A stretch of 64,000 nt of DNA from contig OZ076409.1 in the NCBI GenBank assembly GCA_964187785.1, forward strand, positions 96,350,001 to 96,414,000, given 5' to 3'. The stretch is from Amphiscolops sp. MND2022. Lineage: Eukaryota. This document shows, piece by piece, positions 39,500 through 51,500 of this stretch. A model generated the notes under the pieces. The model saw only the letters and a program-made list of their open reading frames with translations, made no database searches and was not told the origin of the DNA. Within the stretch, counting starts at the first letter, position 1. Every line of letters begins with the position of its first letter. The position numbers and the translations under genes were made by a program.

Positions 39500-40090
39500 C
39501 AACATGGGTTCTGTTTGATTAGTTTGATTAATTTCTTAAGTTCCAGTGTTTTTTCATTTACTATTTTGGCCTGTAGTTTCTTGTCGGTTATTGCAGTCAA
39601 AAGTTGGAGATTAGTATTTGTTCGGCTGAAATGCTGTTAAAGTTACATAATTTTTTGATTTAAATCAGTCGTCTCCAAAAATCTTCCAGCGTTTCCTCTT
39701 TCGATTCTTTCGCCCAGAAGAAGTCTCCTCGGTTGTGGTAAGTGTTTCGTTTCGAAAAATAGTATTCGGTGTATAACCGGATTGGGTCTTTAATTTTTCT
39801 GCTGTCCAGATCCGTCTTGTATTCTGCTCGGGTTTTCTGGAAAAGTGCTTCCGGTCCTATTCCCCAGATTAAATCTTCTTGTATTGCTAGTTCTTTTCCG
39901 GCCCAACTGAAATCGGTTATATCTTCCCATTTGAGTAAGAGTGTGATGTCAATTATATGTTCCCGTGTTGCGAATTGTTTGAATCTTTCCAGCCATTGCC
40001 TCGGTGTAAATAACGGATTTCCGTCCGTTGTTTTATTTTCGAGCTTTGGTACTATGTTCTTTTCTGCAATAGTTTCGGTTTGTTAGGAAA
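39500..40090 (-). mobile_element. Gag fragment of the element C family, directly downstream of its 3' LTR
   Basis: Colinear with 45380-45860 (FTPRQWLERFKQF.., FIWGIGPEALFQ). Confidence 0.8.
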
Positions 40091-40116
40091 GTTTCAATTT
40101 CTTTTAAAAATTGGTT

Positions 40117-43100
40117 GTAACTTGAACAAGAGATATGAAATTCACCCAAACTAGAACTTGAAGTTCGAACCACTCAATCTTTCAAGTCTACAACAAACAA
40201 AAGATGATATTCTGACAAAAAACTGATTGTAATTGTTCTTTTCTAGTAAACTCAGACGTTAAAAAAAGAAAGATTAATGAAAGAAAATCTCTGTTACTCT
40301 ATGTCCGTACTGTAGATACAAGTTTGAGGTAATGATACATCTAATTCAGTATTAGTATTGGAACTATTTGTCAACACTAGCATATACTCTAGGCATATAA
40401 ATCATTTAAATGAAAGTGTAGTTTTTGAACCAAATCTCGGCAAGGTCATGAACCGGAGTGAACCGAATATAACGTTTCCCCTTCTTCATCTCACTTTTGG
40501 TTTGAGGGTCCTGGGGCGTTCCTTCTTCTGGCAGAAAATCTGCAGACTTCTGGAATCTCTCCCGCTGTAGTGTTCCTTTTGTTGGGGTCCACAGATTTCC
40601 TGCAACAAATGCCATGCTTTTCTAATCATTCTATTTTTAACCCCAAACGTTTCCAGTGTATGATATTGTACCGTATCTTATCGTTTTTTTGCTATCTCGG
40701 CTTGACCGTCTTTTGTTTGTTTTCAAGTTCTCACCCGATATCTCACCGTCGGTGTGCAGCTGGAGTGCGTCCTCTTCCGGGTTTGTCCGGATTGGCGCAT
40801 ATCGTCCGTCCCGTTCGGAAGTATCATACACTTTTGGTGTCTCTGTTACTTCCGGCATCTCTTCATCATCATCATGTTCGTCTTCTTCTGTATCGCGTCC
40901 TATTGGCTTTCGATTTTGGACGATCTTCAACTTTCCGTTTGAAATGTGACGGAGGATTTCGTCCTATCTGGCGTACTTGCCATCAAGACTTCGTAGACAA
41001 AGTCTTTTTGGGTTGATTTCATCGTAAGTGTTGATGGCCGGTTTTCGTTTTTTTTTTGGTCTGAAATATTGGTTCCGAAATAAATTTTCAATTGATGATT
41101 CTTCCGTATCCGTTATTACAGTACTTTCGCTTTCGCTGATTGCGGTTTGTATTTCATTTCGGAACTTCTCCTCTAGAGACTTTTTTTATAGTTCTTTTCA
41201 AGAAATGAAAAGGGATATCTAACCGAATTTTTCTTTTTCGGTGATTCCGTGTTTTCACTCATCTGCTTCACTTCGTTCTTTGTCTTCGCCATAATGTTGT
41301 GGTTGGTAATCTCCCCTTCCGCATCGCGGCCCACATAGATTGGAATTTGTGGTCTATCCGGTGCTGAAACAGTCATTTCCGACCAGTTAGACAATAATGT
41401 TTTACCGTCTTTAACAATATTCGTTAACTCGGTTCTTGGCTTTTTTCCATGATGTAGTTCAAACGGTGTTATTTTAAATCCCGTATGTATTGTAAAACGC
41501 GATACCCGTAGCGCCCGATTTACTTTTTCGGTTAGGCAAATTCCGTCTTCCAATTTTGCTATTCTTAGATTGTAATAGTTTGGATTGCTCTCTCCACTAC
41601 TCCGTTTCCGGTAATGCATTCGGGGTCTGCAATATTCTATTTTCGGCTTCTACAAAATTGTCGGTTTTCCTCGTAAATGAATGCTCCCTCTTTGTCGGAT
41701 TTGATTTTTGCCGGTATTCCGTACAAATTAAAGTTACTGGATGGAAAGTTTGTCGCTTCTTTTGTCTCCGAAGTTTTGCAAATGTTCGCGGTCATCCACT
41801 TTCTAAATCTATCTACCGCAATAAATATTTGTATTTCTCCAATTACTTTTTATTTAAAAATTTCCGGTGAAATCGATTTGTATTTCTTGTCTGGGTTCCG
41901 ATAAAATTTCTAATTTTCCGCAATGTTTTTACGGTAATTGATGTTTTAGGTTTTTACCTGATGCTAGGCATGCTGTGCAGTCTTTCACTTTTGTTTCAGT
42001 ATCCTATTTCTTGTTCAGCTACCAGAATATTATTGCTTCGGACAACATTTTCGTGATACAAGAGTGAACAAATTGTAGAAGGTCTAGTAGTCGCCGTTTG
42101 AGATCGATGGGTATGACGATTTGGTCGTCGACGAATACTAACCCCCATCTAATTGACAGCCTGTCGAAGACTGTCCGGTAGCCGTCCGGGATAGTTTTTC
42201 TGTCTTCTCGGCGCATACTGTTTCTCATTCGGGTTAGCTCCGGATCGATTGCTGTTTTTGATTGTTTGATATCAGCGTCTTCAGGTCCATCATGAATTCA
42301 AATTCCGCTTTTATGATGTGTTCTTCGTGCCCTTCTTGTTTGCAGTAAATTTTTCGACGATGTGGTTTATTTGAATATAAATTGATTCTTTACCGTCTGT
42401 ATTGTATTTTGTCAAGTCCACGATCGGTAAAATGTCGCCCCGCATGAATACGCTGTCTTCTGCCTAATTGTTTTCTTGCTCTAGTTCTCCTTCTTCCCGT
42501 GTTTCATCCGGTTGTTCTTGTTCCTCGATCAGAGGTTGATACCTGCCCCAGTCTATTTGCTCTCCGGATCAGTTCGGCATCTTCTTCGGCGATTCCTTCT
42601 GTGCTACGTTTGTTTGGCCGGGATGTAGCAAAAACGGTACGCTGTGTCTGGTGGTCGTACCGGCATCTCAATTTTCCTCGCCTGGATGGTTCGTTTCGCT
42701 GTTCCACTAATCGTCTTGTTTCCGGGCTATTGTTCCTCCTTATAATAATGTCCAATAATTCTCTGGTAGCTCCCCAATGGTAAAATTTTCACGGTCCATT
42801 TCATCACAATTCTCAACTTTTGATGTTCGACTGTCTTTCAAAGTGCTAATATTGGAGTGCCCGGATGTTGTTCTTCCGTTTTGTTCGGTTTCGTTCACGT
42901 GGTTTTTGTTCTCGAACATTCCATTTAATTGTGATTGTTTCGTTTTATGCTCAATTTTGTGTTCGGAGTTGTTCTTTATTCTTTCGGTGATGCATTGGTT
43001 GCGTTTTGTGTGCCAATTAGTATTGCGGCCATCAAGTGTACATTAATGCTCCAGAAAATAGTTTAAACTAGTAAATTAGTGATTTCTAGTCATTCAGTGT

Positions 43101-46100
43101 AACTAATTATCACTTGGTGTAATATGCGAGAAAACTGTAAATCTGTATTTATGATATTAACTCACTGTGATTGGTTTTTAAAGCAAATCGCAAGATCTGA
43201 GAACTTGCTTGCGTAGATATGTATCGTAATGTGGTACCCGAGTAATTGTCCAAATTTCAATTTTAATTCAGCTTGTTCGGCGAGTTTAATAATTACGTAT
43301 TCTTCATCGTAAGTTTCTTCCGGCACGGCTCCCCCTACCGGATATATGCTGAGATAATCGGTAAATTTCAAATTACTGCCGGCAACATGTTGTAGTGATA
43401 TATCAAAATGCGTTAGGCGATCTAACCATCTTGTTAATCTCGCGCTATTTTGTTTGTTGCTTTGGTTTCTCTTGATTAATGGTACTCAAGCTTGATGGTC
43501 CGTGGATAGGTGGACCTTCTTTCCGTAAAGATAAAATCGGAATTTCTCCATTCCCCATACTACTGCCATTAGTTGTAATTCGCCGATTGAAGATTTCGTT
43601 TCGGTATCATTCAAAGATCTACTACTGTAAGCTGTCGGTTTCGTGTTTCCGTTGTCTTGTTTTTTCCATAATGTAATTCCCAATCCGGTTGCGCAAGCAC
43701 CGGTTGTTACTAAATTATCTTTGTCTTTCGCGAAGTGTACTACACTTGGGCATTCGGTTAACATCTGTTTTTTTCCGAAATCTTCTTGCTCGTTTCCCCA
43801 CTTCCATGTTTCGTTTTTGTTCAACTGGAGCCGATCCGTACTTTCCGAGAGTTCCGGTAGGAGTTTTGCCATACATTGTACGGCTCCGAGAAATGATTTC
43901 AGTTCTTCTGTATTGTCCGGTGGATTCAGTTTTAAGATGGCTTCTACTTTTACTTCGTTCGGTTTTATTCAGTTTTCATCAATTTCATGGCCCAACCATT
44001 TTGTTTGTTTCAGGAAGATATCTGATTTCTTTTTGCTAGCTCGATAACTGCTTTCTCTAGCTTGTTAGGACGTCAAATAGTTTCTTTTCGTGATCCTGTT
44101 TATTTCCGCATGGTACTATTATATGTCGTCTAACCAAGCTGGTGTACAGTATCCGAGTGTTCGGTCACTTTTTTCTTGAAATTTTGTGGGTATGTCGGCA
44201 AGTCCGACCGTTGAACCCTTTTCGAATCTATGATAGCCGCTGAATTTCCCTCCGGTTAGCGCAAAAACGCATAGTCGACTAGCTTCTTCAGATAATTTCA
44301 TCTGGCCATTTGGGTAGTGTAAATCGATTTTTATAATGAATAAATGCATCGTTCGGTCACGAGTTATTTCTACCGAAATCTGATTTAGTAGTTCCTTCGG
44401 CATATGTGGTCTAATTTTAACACAACTATCATTTAGCTTCCGGGAGTCCAATGCTTTATGTCACTTTCCACCGTAATTACTACCGGAGAGACGAACCAAT
44501 CTTCGTCAAGGTCCTGTATCTTCTCTAGATGCCCGGACTTGATTAATTTCTCTAATTATCTTTCTACGTCTTCTTGTAGGTGTAGGGGTACCGGTCGTGC
44601 TTTTTGTTTTACCGGAAAGTGACCGGGATTTAGTTGTATCTTTATTTCGGTATCTTTTATCATTTCGTTGTTTTCGAACAGGTCCAGAAATTTGTTTATG
44701 ATTCTCTTCTTTTGATTGGTTGTTCTCGGCCGATTGTATTCTTCCGATAGTTAGTTTGTATGTTTTCATCCAATCCATTCCTAGTATTGGTGTTATATCC
44801 GTTCTTTCGTATTCGATGTTTACCGGAATTTTTCCCGGAGTTTTACTTCGTGTTTGTTTATGTCTTGAAATTGGTTTGTTATTTTCTGTATTTCTGTGGA
44901 TTTCAGAATTTTTGTAGCATAATTGTGATTGGTGATCCGGTGTCTATGATAAATTCTTTCTTCACTCCGTTTATCTAGGTTGTTGCCGTGTATTGTTTGT
45001 TCTTTCCTCCAATTGTTCTTACTTCTTTGATATTATGTATGCTCTCTTCTGATTCGCTAGTTGATTCGTTCGGTTGTTAGGTTTCGTCTTCGGTTAGTCT
45101 TTTCACTGTTCAGTTGTTTTATGTTTTGTCTGCATGCTTTTGCGAAGTGACCTTTCTTTCCGCATTTGTTACAGTTTGCTTCTATTGCCGGACATGTATG
45201 TATCGGTGACCAATTTGGTGCGTTGGAAAATCTGCGTGGTCGGTTCTCGATTGTTTTATTTTTCGGTTTCGTTCAGAATCTTTCCTTTCTTTGTATCGGT
45301 TCTTTTTTCTTATCTGTTTTTCTTTTGATGAAATTAATGCTTTCGGAATTGTATTTTTTTTCTTTTCGTATGGGTTCTGTTTGATTAGTTTATTTTCTTC
45401 AGTTCCCGTGTTTTTTTTCACTTTTTTGTCCTGTAGTTTCTTGTCGGGTATTGCACTCAAAAATTGGAGATTAGTAACTCTTTGCCTGAAATGGTGTTAA
45501 AGTTACATACTTTTTCGATTTCGATCTATCGTCTCCAAAAGTCCTCCGGCGTTTCCTCTTCTGATTGTGTCGCCCAGAAGAAGCTCCTCGGTTGTGGTAA
45601 GTGTCAGTGTTTCGTTTCGGTAAATAGTATTCGGTGTATAACCGGATTAGGTCTTTGATTTTTATGCTGTCCGGATCCGTCTTGTATTCTGCTCAGGTTT
45701 TCTGGAAAAGTGCTTCCGGTCCTACTCTCCAGATGAAATCTTCTTGTATTGCTAGTTCTTTTCCGGCCCAACTGAAATCGGGTATTTCTTGTAAGGGTGT
45801 CTGTCAATTTTATGTTCCCGTTTTGTGAATTGTTTGAATCTTTACAGCCATTGTCTCGGTTCTCGGTGTAAATACAAGGATAACCTGACAAAAAATTTAT
45901 TGTAATTGTTCTTTTCTAGTAAACTCAGACGTTAAAAAAAGATTAATGAAAGAAATTCTCTGTTACTCTATGTCCGTACTGTAGATACAAGTTTGCAGTA
46001 ATGATGTATCTAATTTAGTATTAGTATTGGAACTATTTGTCAACACTAGCATGTACTCTAGGCATATAAGTCATGTAAATGAAAGTTTGTAGTTTATGAA

Positions 46101-46142
46101 CCGACTGGCAAAGTCATGAACCGGAGTGACCTGAATATAACA
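40117..46142 (-). mobile_element. Ty3/Gypsy LTR retrotransposon C (related to A), degenerate; U5, PBS and gag start deleted
   Basis: LTR copies at about 40117-40473 and 45886-46142 (truncated), PPT AGAAGGGGAA, and fragments of gag, protease, RT (PAWLDD), RNase H and integrase. Confidence 0.88.
43017..43241. mobile_element. Insertion of about 225 bp in the pol of element C (possible solo LTR)
   Basis: Interrupts KFGQL|LAH, which is continuous in element A. AT-rich and non-coding; termini and TSD are unclear. Confidence 0.5.
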
Positions 46143-46899
46143 GTAATTTCTACGAGTTCGGTGGTTGTCTGATTGCTTGACATTCACAGATAATATAGTG
46201 TATCCAACGATGATTTATGTCACATTGTCCGTTGAACTTCTTTGAAATATTTTATCAGTCCTTTAAACTTGGCAGTCAAAAAATTGTCCATTCAACTTTC
46301 GAACAGATTCCCTTGTTGCGACTGCTTGAACTTTTCACATGTTTTTGTATGTCGTTCTAATTCTGAAAGCAGCTCAAACTTTCATCAATTTTACCGCAAT
46401 TTCAATGCAAACTAACAAACCTCAGTCCTACTATAAGTTTCAAAGCGTGCTATTTGACTAACGGTCATTACATAAGGCACTTACTTGAGAAACCTACGCG
46501 TGAAAACAAAGTGATCGCGGCGGTGAAGAAAAATGTTTTAATTCATATACAGGAGGCTGCATTGTATTCCTGCAATGTTTCCATGCTGGCTCTCGGAATT
46601 TTCCATGTTTTTAAAATCAGTAAAAAGTTCAACATGTAAACATGTAAAAAGTTCAAGCAATCTCTACTAGAGTTGTCACTGAACATTAAAGGAAAAATCA
46701 AAACTATGAAATTTTCATGAAGAAAATTTATGAAGCTTTACTATTATGTAACCTAGGCTAAAAATTAAACAGAGTCCATCGCTTGTTCATGTGCACAGTT
46801 TTTGGCCGACTGCTATTCATCATATACTTTAATTTGGACCAAAAAAATCACAAAAAACGAAAAAAAAATTCCGATCCCAACGATTGATTGATAAGTCCT

Positions 46900-48100
46900 C
46901 AAATTCCATAGATAGATTTGAGTCTTCTTTGGCCTTTAGTTATTGCCAATAAATGCAATTATCTGATATCTGAGCATCAATCTTTGTCACCAGTAAAACA
47001 CACCGATCAACCCAAATACAGTATTTTTTCGCAATTGCGACATCTTCAGAAAATAATTCATCGCAAAGCACTTTCGTGCGATGTTACTAACATAGGACGG
47101 GGTTCGGTAAGACAGATAACACGTTTGATTTTCCGATAAAACAATTTACCAAAAATGGTTGCAACGATTACTAGCTGGAACCATCTGGGCTATAATGATT
47201 GGCCGCTGCCTCAGTTGGATTTCCATGCCAGCTCAAAAATACACAGGAGTGACTCCGTTTTGTGTACTTGGTCCCAAGGATCCCTGAAAGTTCCTTTGTC
47301 AAACAATCGCTTTTGGGTACTCTTTTTGCAAAAATGAAACCCAGAACGTTTACATGCTTTAAGACCTCAATATTTGTTTTTCCAAAGGCTGTTTGATCTT
47401 TTAGAGATCCGAATTGTCATTTCTTTTCGTGTCTCTAGAGACGAATGAAGAAACGTTTTTGAAACTTTGAGTTAGTTTCAATTCTGATGAAATATCACGT
47501 TTTTTCATTACTTCATTAAGGCGACATATATGGGTAATTTGTATTTGTGCTAAATTTTAGGTGTGAGAGGTGTGTTTCAATTACAGAGAGAAATTTTGGT
47601 GCTAGTAGCTCTGATGCCGTTATTTCTTCAAACTCGAATCTTTTCCACTTCGAGGATCCATTTGCAGGTTTCTGCTGCTGATTCTCCTGGTTCCCTTTTT
47701 AGGGTGAAAAAATCTGCTCTACAGTGATTCTGCTCTGGAATAAAGTGTAGGGAAATTATGCGTCAAGTCAGTACAACAGTATTGAATTAGGTTCTCTTTA
47801 CCTCGCCATCTTTGTCAATTCCGTAATCGCTGATTGTCCATTGTCCAAATGGAGACATCGTTTATTGCTTCCTCCAGTTGGTCTTTATATGGTGGAAGTA
47901 CGTCTTAGGAATTGGTCATTTTTGGTAAGTATTTCATAGGTCATTTTGATATATTGGATGAACTTTCTCTACCATAGTTTTGCACTGGTGTGATTGTTCC
48001 TTTCTAAGATGGGAATGGGCAGCTTTTGTGTAGATGTCTAATCTACCGATCTCGTCGTTGTGTTGTTTGGTAGTAACCGGCTGTCTGGTTCTCCCGATTT
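46900..48100 (-). mobile_element. Highly degenerate Gypsy gag/protease relic related to element E
   Basis: The minus strand reads KFIQYIKMT (about 47940-47970) and GQSAITELTK..REP (about 47790-47845), matching the gag of element E. Confidence 0.6.
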
Positions 48101-48549
48101 GTTGTTTTCTTCGTCTTCCTTTTTGTACAGTTTCACTTTTTGAATGTAAATTTCAAGTTTTTGGCTACGCCATGAAGTATTCTCAGGAAAGAATATCTCA
48201 TAAAAGAAGTAAAAGTTCCAGCGGTACTTGCAGCTCAATGATTGACTAAATGATATCAAGCTTTTAAATGTAAATTAAATAGCTGTTGGTATACAAACTA
48301 AAAATAGCAACGGGATTGTTTATCAACAGTCTTCAATCAAATTGCTGTTGCTCTTCAAGCCGTATAACCGACTCCAAATTGGATCGAAAAATAGAAATGT
48401 TAACACAGAAAATCATCTGAGCTGTTCGAGCAGTCTACAGTTTCCCAAGAAAATCTGATTAGATGAATTTCAACAATGGAATGCTTTCAATTAAGTTGAA
48501 AAATGGTTTTGCTTTCAGGATTAGTTATTTTGGCAAAAGGTTTTGTGTT

Positions 48550-51500
48550 TGTAGTAGAAGACTCAGACTCTTTACATACATGCTAATTAGTCTGTATTTA
48601 TATGATTACATACTGTTGTCCTTTTTATCAAGTACCTGCCTATTGTATGCAGATGATGAACTATCATAAAGTCCAAGAACAAGAGAGAATAAAGTTTGAA
48701 TTGTACATGCTACTTATAGTCATAGAAGAGAGTTACAACATGGCGCAGTCAGCTTAGAACAAAAAGCTGAATAACACAAAAACAAAACATCCAGAAAGAA
48801 GATATGGATGAAAACACGGAAGAAAACCCAAGAGATGGAAACAACACACTGTCTTCATCGGGTACACGGCAAAACAACCAAACACTGCCGAACGATACAA
48901 TGAACAGGACGGCTGACCGGACCTGCACTCAGAATTTGACCATTCCAACATTGGAGAAATACGACCACACCAGTGCAAACTTGTGGTGGAGAAAATTTGT
49001 CCAATACATAAAAATGACGAAAGAAATAGACCTATCAACCATGACAAACAACAAGGAGATACTGACACAATACCGTGACCAACTCGAAACGGAAATTAAA
49101 GACATTTTCATCTGGGCAATTGGACAAAATGCTATCACGGAAATGACAAAAACAATCAGAGAAAGAGAACCGAGCTCACTACCATTGTATAAACTTTACA
49201 CACTTTTCCGACTACACTTCACACCGGAAAGGAACGTACAACATAGTAGAGCCAATTTCTTCGACCTAAAACGAGAAGACGGTGAATCCGCAGCAGACGT
49301 GTGGAAACGAATACTAGAAATTGAAAAAAAAACTGCGAATTTGAAACAATAACCGCGGCAGAACTTCTAGCATCAAAATTTTTGTCAGTCATCGGAAAAT
49401 CAACCGGAGACTACGACCTAAAGAAAAAAATCAGAAAAAGCGACATGTCGGTAGAAGCAATAACTGACGCGATACTAGAATACACTTACGACAAACTAAA
49501 TGACTCACCCGAAACAGAAGAAGAGAAGAAAATACGATACTTGAATAAACGTAAAATAAAACCAACAAAAGAACCGGAAAAACCGACAAAATTCAAAAAA
49601 GTCGATTGCAACCGTTGCGGAGCACCAAACTGGTCAAGACAACACGAATGCCCATCCCGAGGAAAGAAGTGTGCAAAATGCGGAAAAATAGGCCACTTCG
49701 CCAAATGTTGCCGCACAAATAAAAGAGTGAACCATATAATGGAGGAAGAGACAAGTAGCGCGAATGAAGACGATTGGACACCGAACACAATCCATTCAGT
49801 GAAACAAAAGATCCTTTCAACACGATCAATAAACAGCAACGGACCAGACTTCTTCACAATCACCGCACTGGTCAATAACCGACCAATCAAATTTATCATT
49901 GACAGCGGATCACCGGTAACAATAATACCAAAGTCACTATTCAACAACATCACAAATATACACCCACTAAAAACGGAGTACAGGGATGTAAATGACAACC
50001 GGATACAATTCGAAGGAAAAACGATAGCCAAAGTGGAAATCGACGGAATACAAAGAGAACTCGAAATATTAGTGACCACTAAAAGAACCAACCCATTACT
50101 GGGGCTAGACTGGATGAAAAAGCTGGGAATAACGCTGGAGACGGACAAAACCGCCCCACAAATACAACAAATAAAAGAAGACCCAGACATAACATCATTG
50201 AAAACGAAATTCAAGAAACTTTTCACCGAAAACCATACAGTAAATGGACTGGAAGTAAAGATACAACTAAAAGAAGACGCGAAACTGATACAACAGAAAG
50301 GAAGACCAATACCGATTCACCTCCAACAACCGGTGGGGAAGGAAATAGAAAAACTAATAAAACAAGGACATATCGAAAAAGCCAACAATATTGACGAAAA
50401 CTGCTTCGTAAGCCCAGCTGTGATCACGGTAAAGAAAGACAAGTCAATAAAAATTGCTCTAGATTCGCAAAAATTGAATGAAATAACCGTGAAAAGAAAG
50501 GCACAAATGCCTAACATGGAGGAATTGATTTCACGGATATCAAGAAAAATAGCAGATGGCCCAGCAGATGAGATATGGATCTCAAAATTCGATCTAGATT
50601 ACGCATAGGGACAACTACTGCTATCAAGAGAAGCTAGAAACTTATGTATATTTGCCGTAACCGGGGGAAATTTTACCGGTTACTACCGCTTCCTAAAGGG
50701 CTTTTACGGTCTAGCGGATATACCAACGGTCTTTCAGGAAAAGATTGACCAAACACTGGATAACAAACATCCAGCTTGGTTAGATGACATCATCGTCGTA
50801 ACCAAAGGGTCAAAAGAAGAACACAAAAAAGAATTGATTGACGTCCTAACCAGACTAGAAAAAGCAGGATACCGCTTAAGTGAAAACAAGTCCGAATTTT
50901 TCAAAACGGAAATTGAATGGATAGGCCACAAAATTGACCAGGCCGGTATCCGACCACTCCAAGACAAGTTGCTAGCCATAAAAGAACTAAAACAACCAAA
51001 AAACGAAAAAGAACTAAAATCATTCCTGGGAGCCATTCAATACTTGTCAAAATATATCGACAACCTCTCCGCCCAAACCGACAGCTTGAGACAGTTATTG
51101 AAAAAAAAAGAACGAATGGATATGGACGGAAGAACACACACAAGCATTTGAAAATTTAAAACAAAAAATCACGGAGATACCGTGTTTGGCTCACTACAAC
51201 TCAGATTACCCAAATGTGATAACAACGGACGCAAGCACAAAAGGCTTGGGAGCTACCCTATGGCAAGAACAACCGGACAGGAAACTAAAACCGATCGGTT
51301 TCGCCAGTCGTTTCCTTTCAGACACCGAAAAGAAATATGCAATAAATGAACTTGAATTATTAGCGGTAGTATGGGGTTTAGAACATTTCCGCTTATACAT
51401 TTACAGAAAACCGATCAAACTTTTAACCGATCACCAGGCACTAGAACCATTAATCAAACGGAACCGGTCCAATAAAACATACAGCGCACGCTTAACACGA

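Noticed and set aside
49320..49335. Programmed frameshift between gag and pol
   Set aside because: The A-run lies in the middle of gag, the equivalent position is in frame in element A, and gag and protease are already in one frame.
49486..50226. Long antisense ORFs over the Gypsy pol genes
   Set aside because: They are shadows of the A-rich coding strand and have no protein-like motifs.
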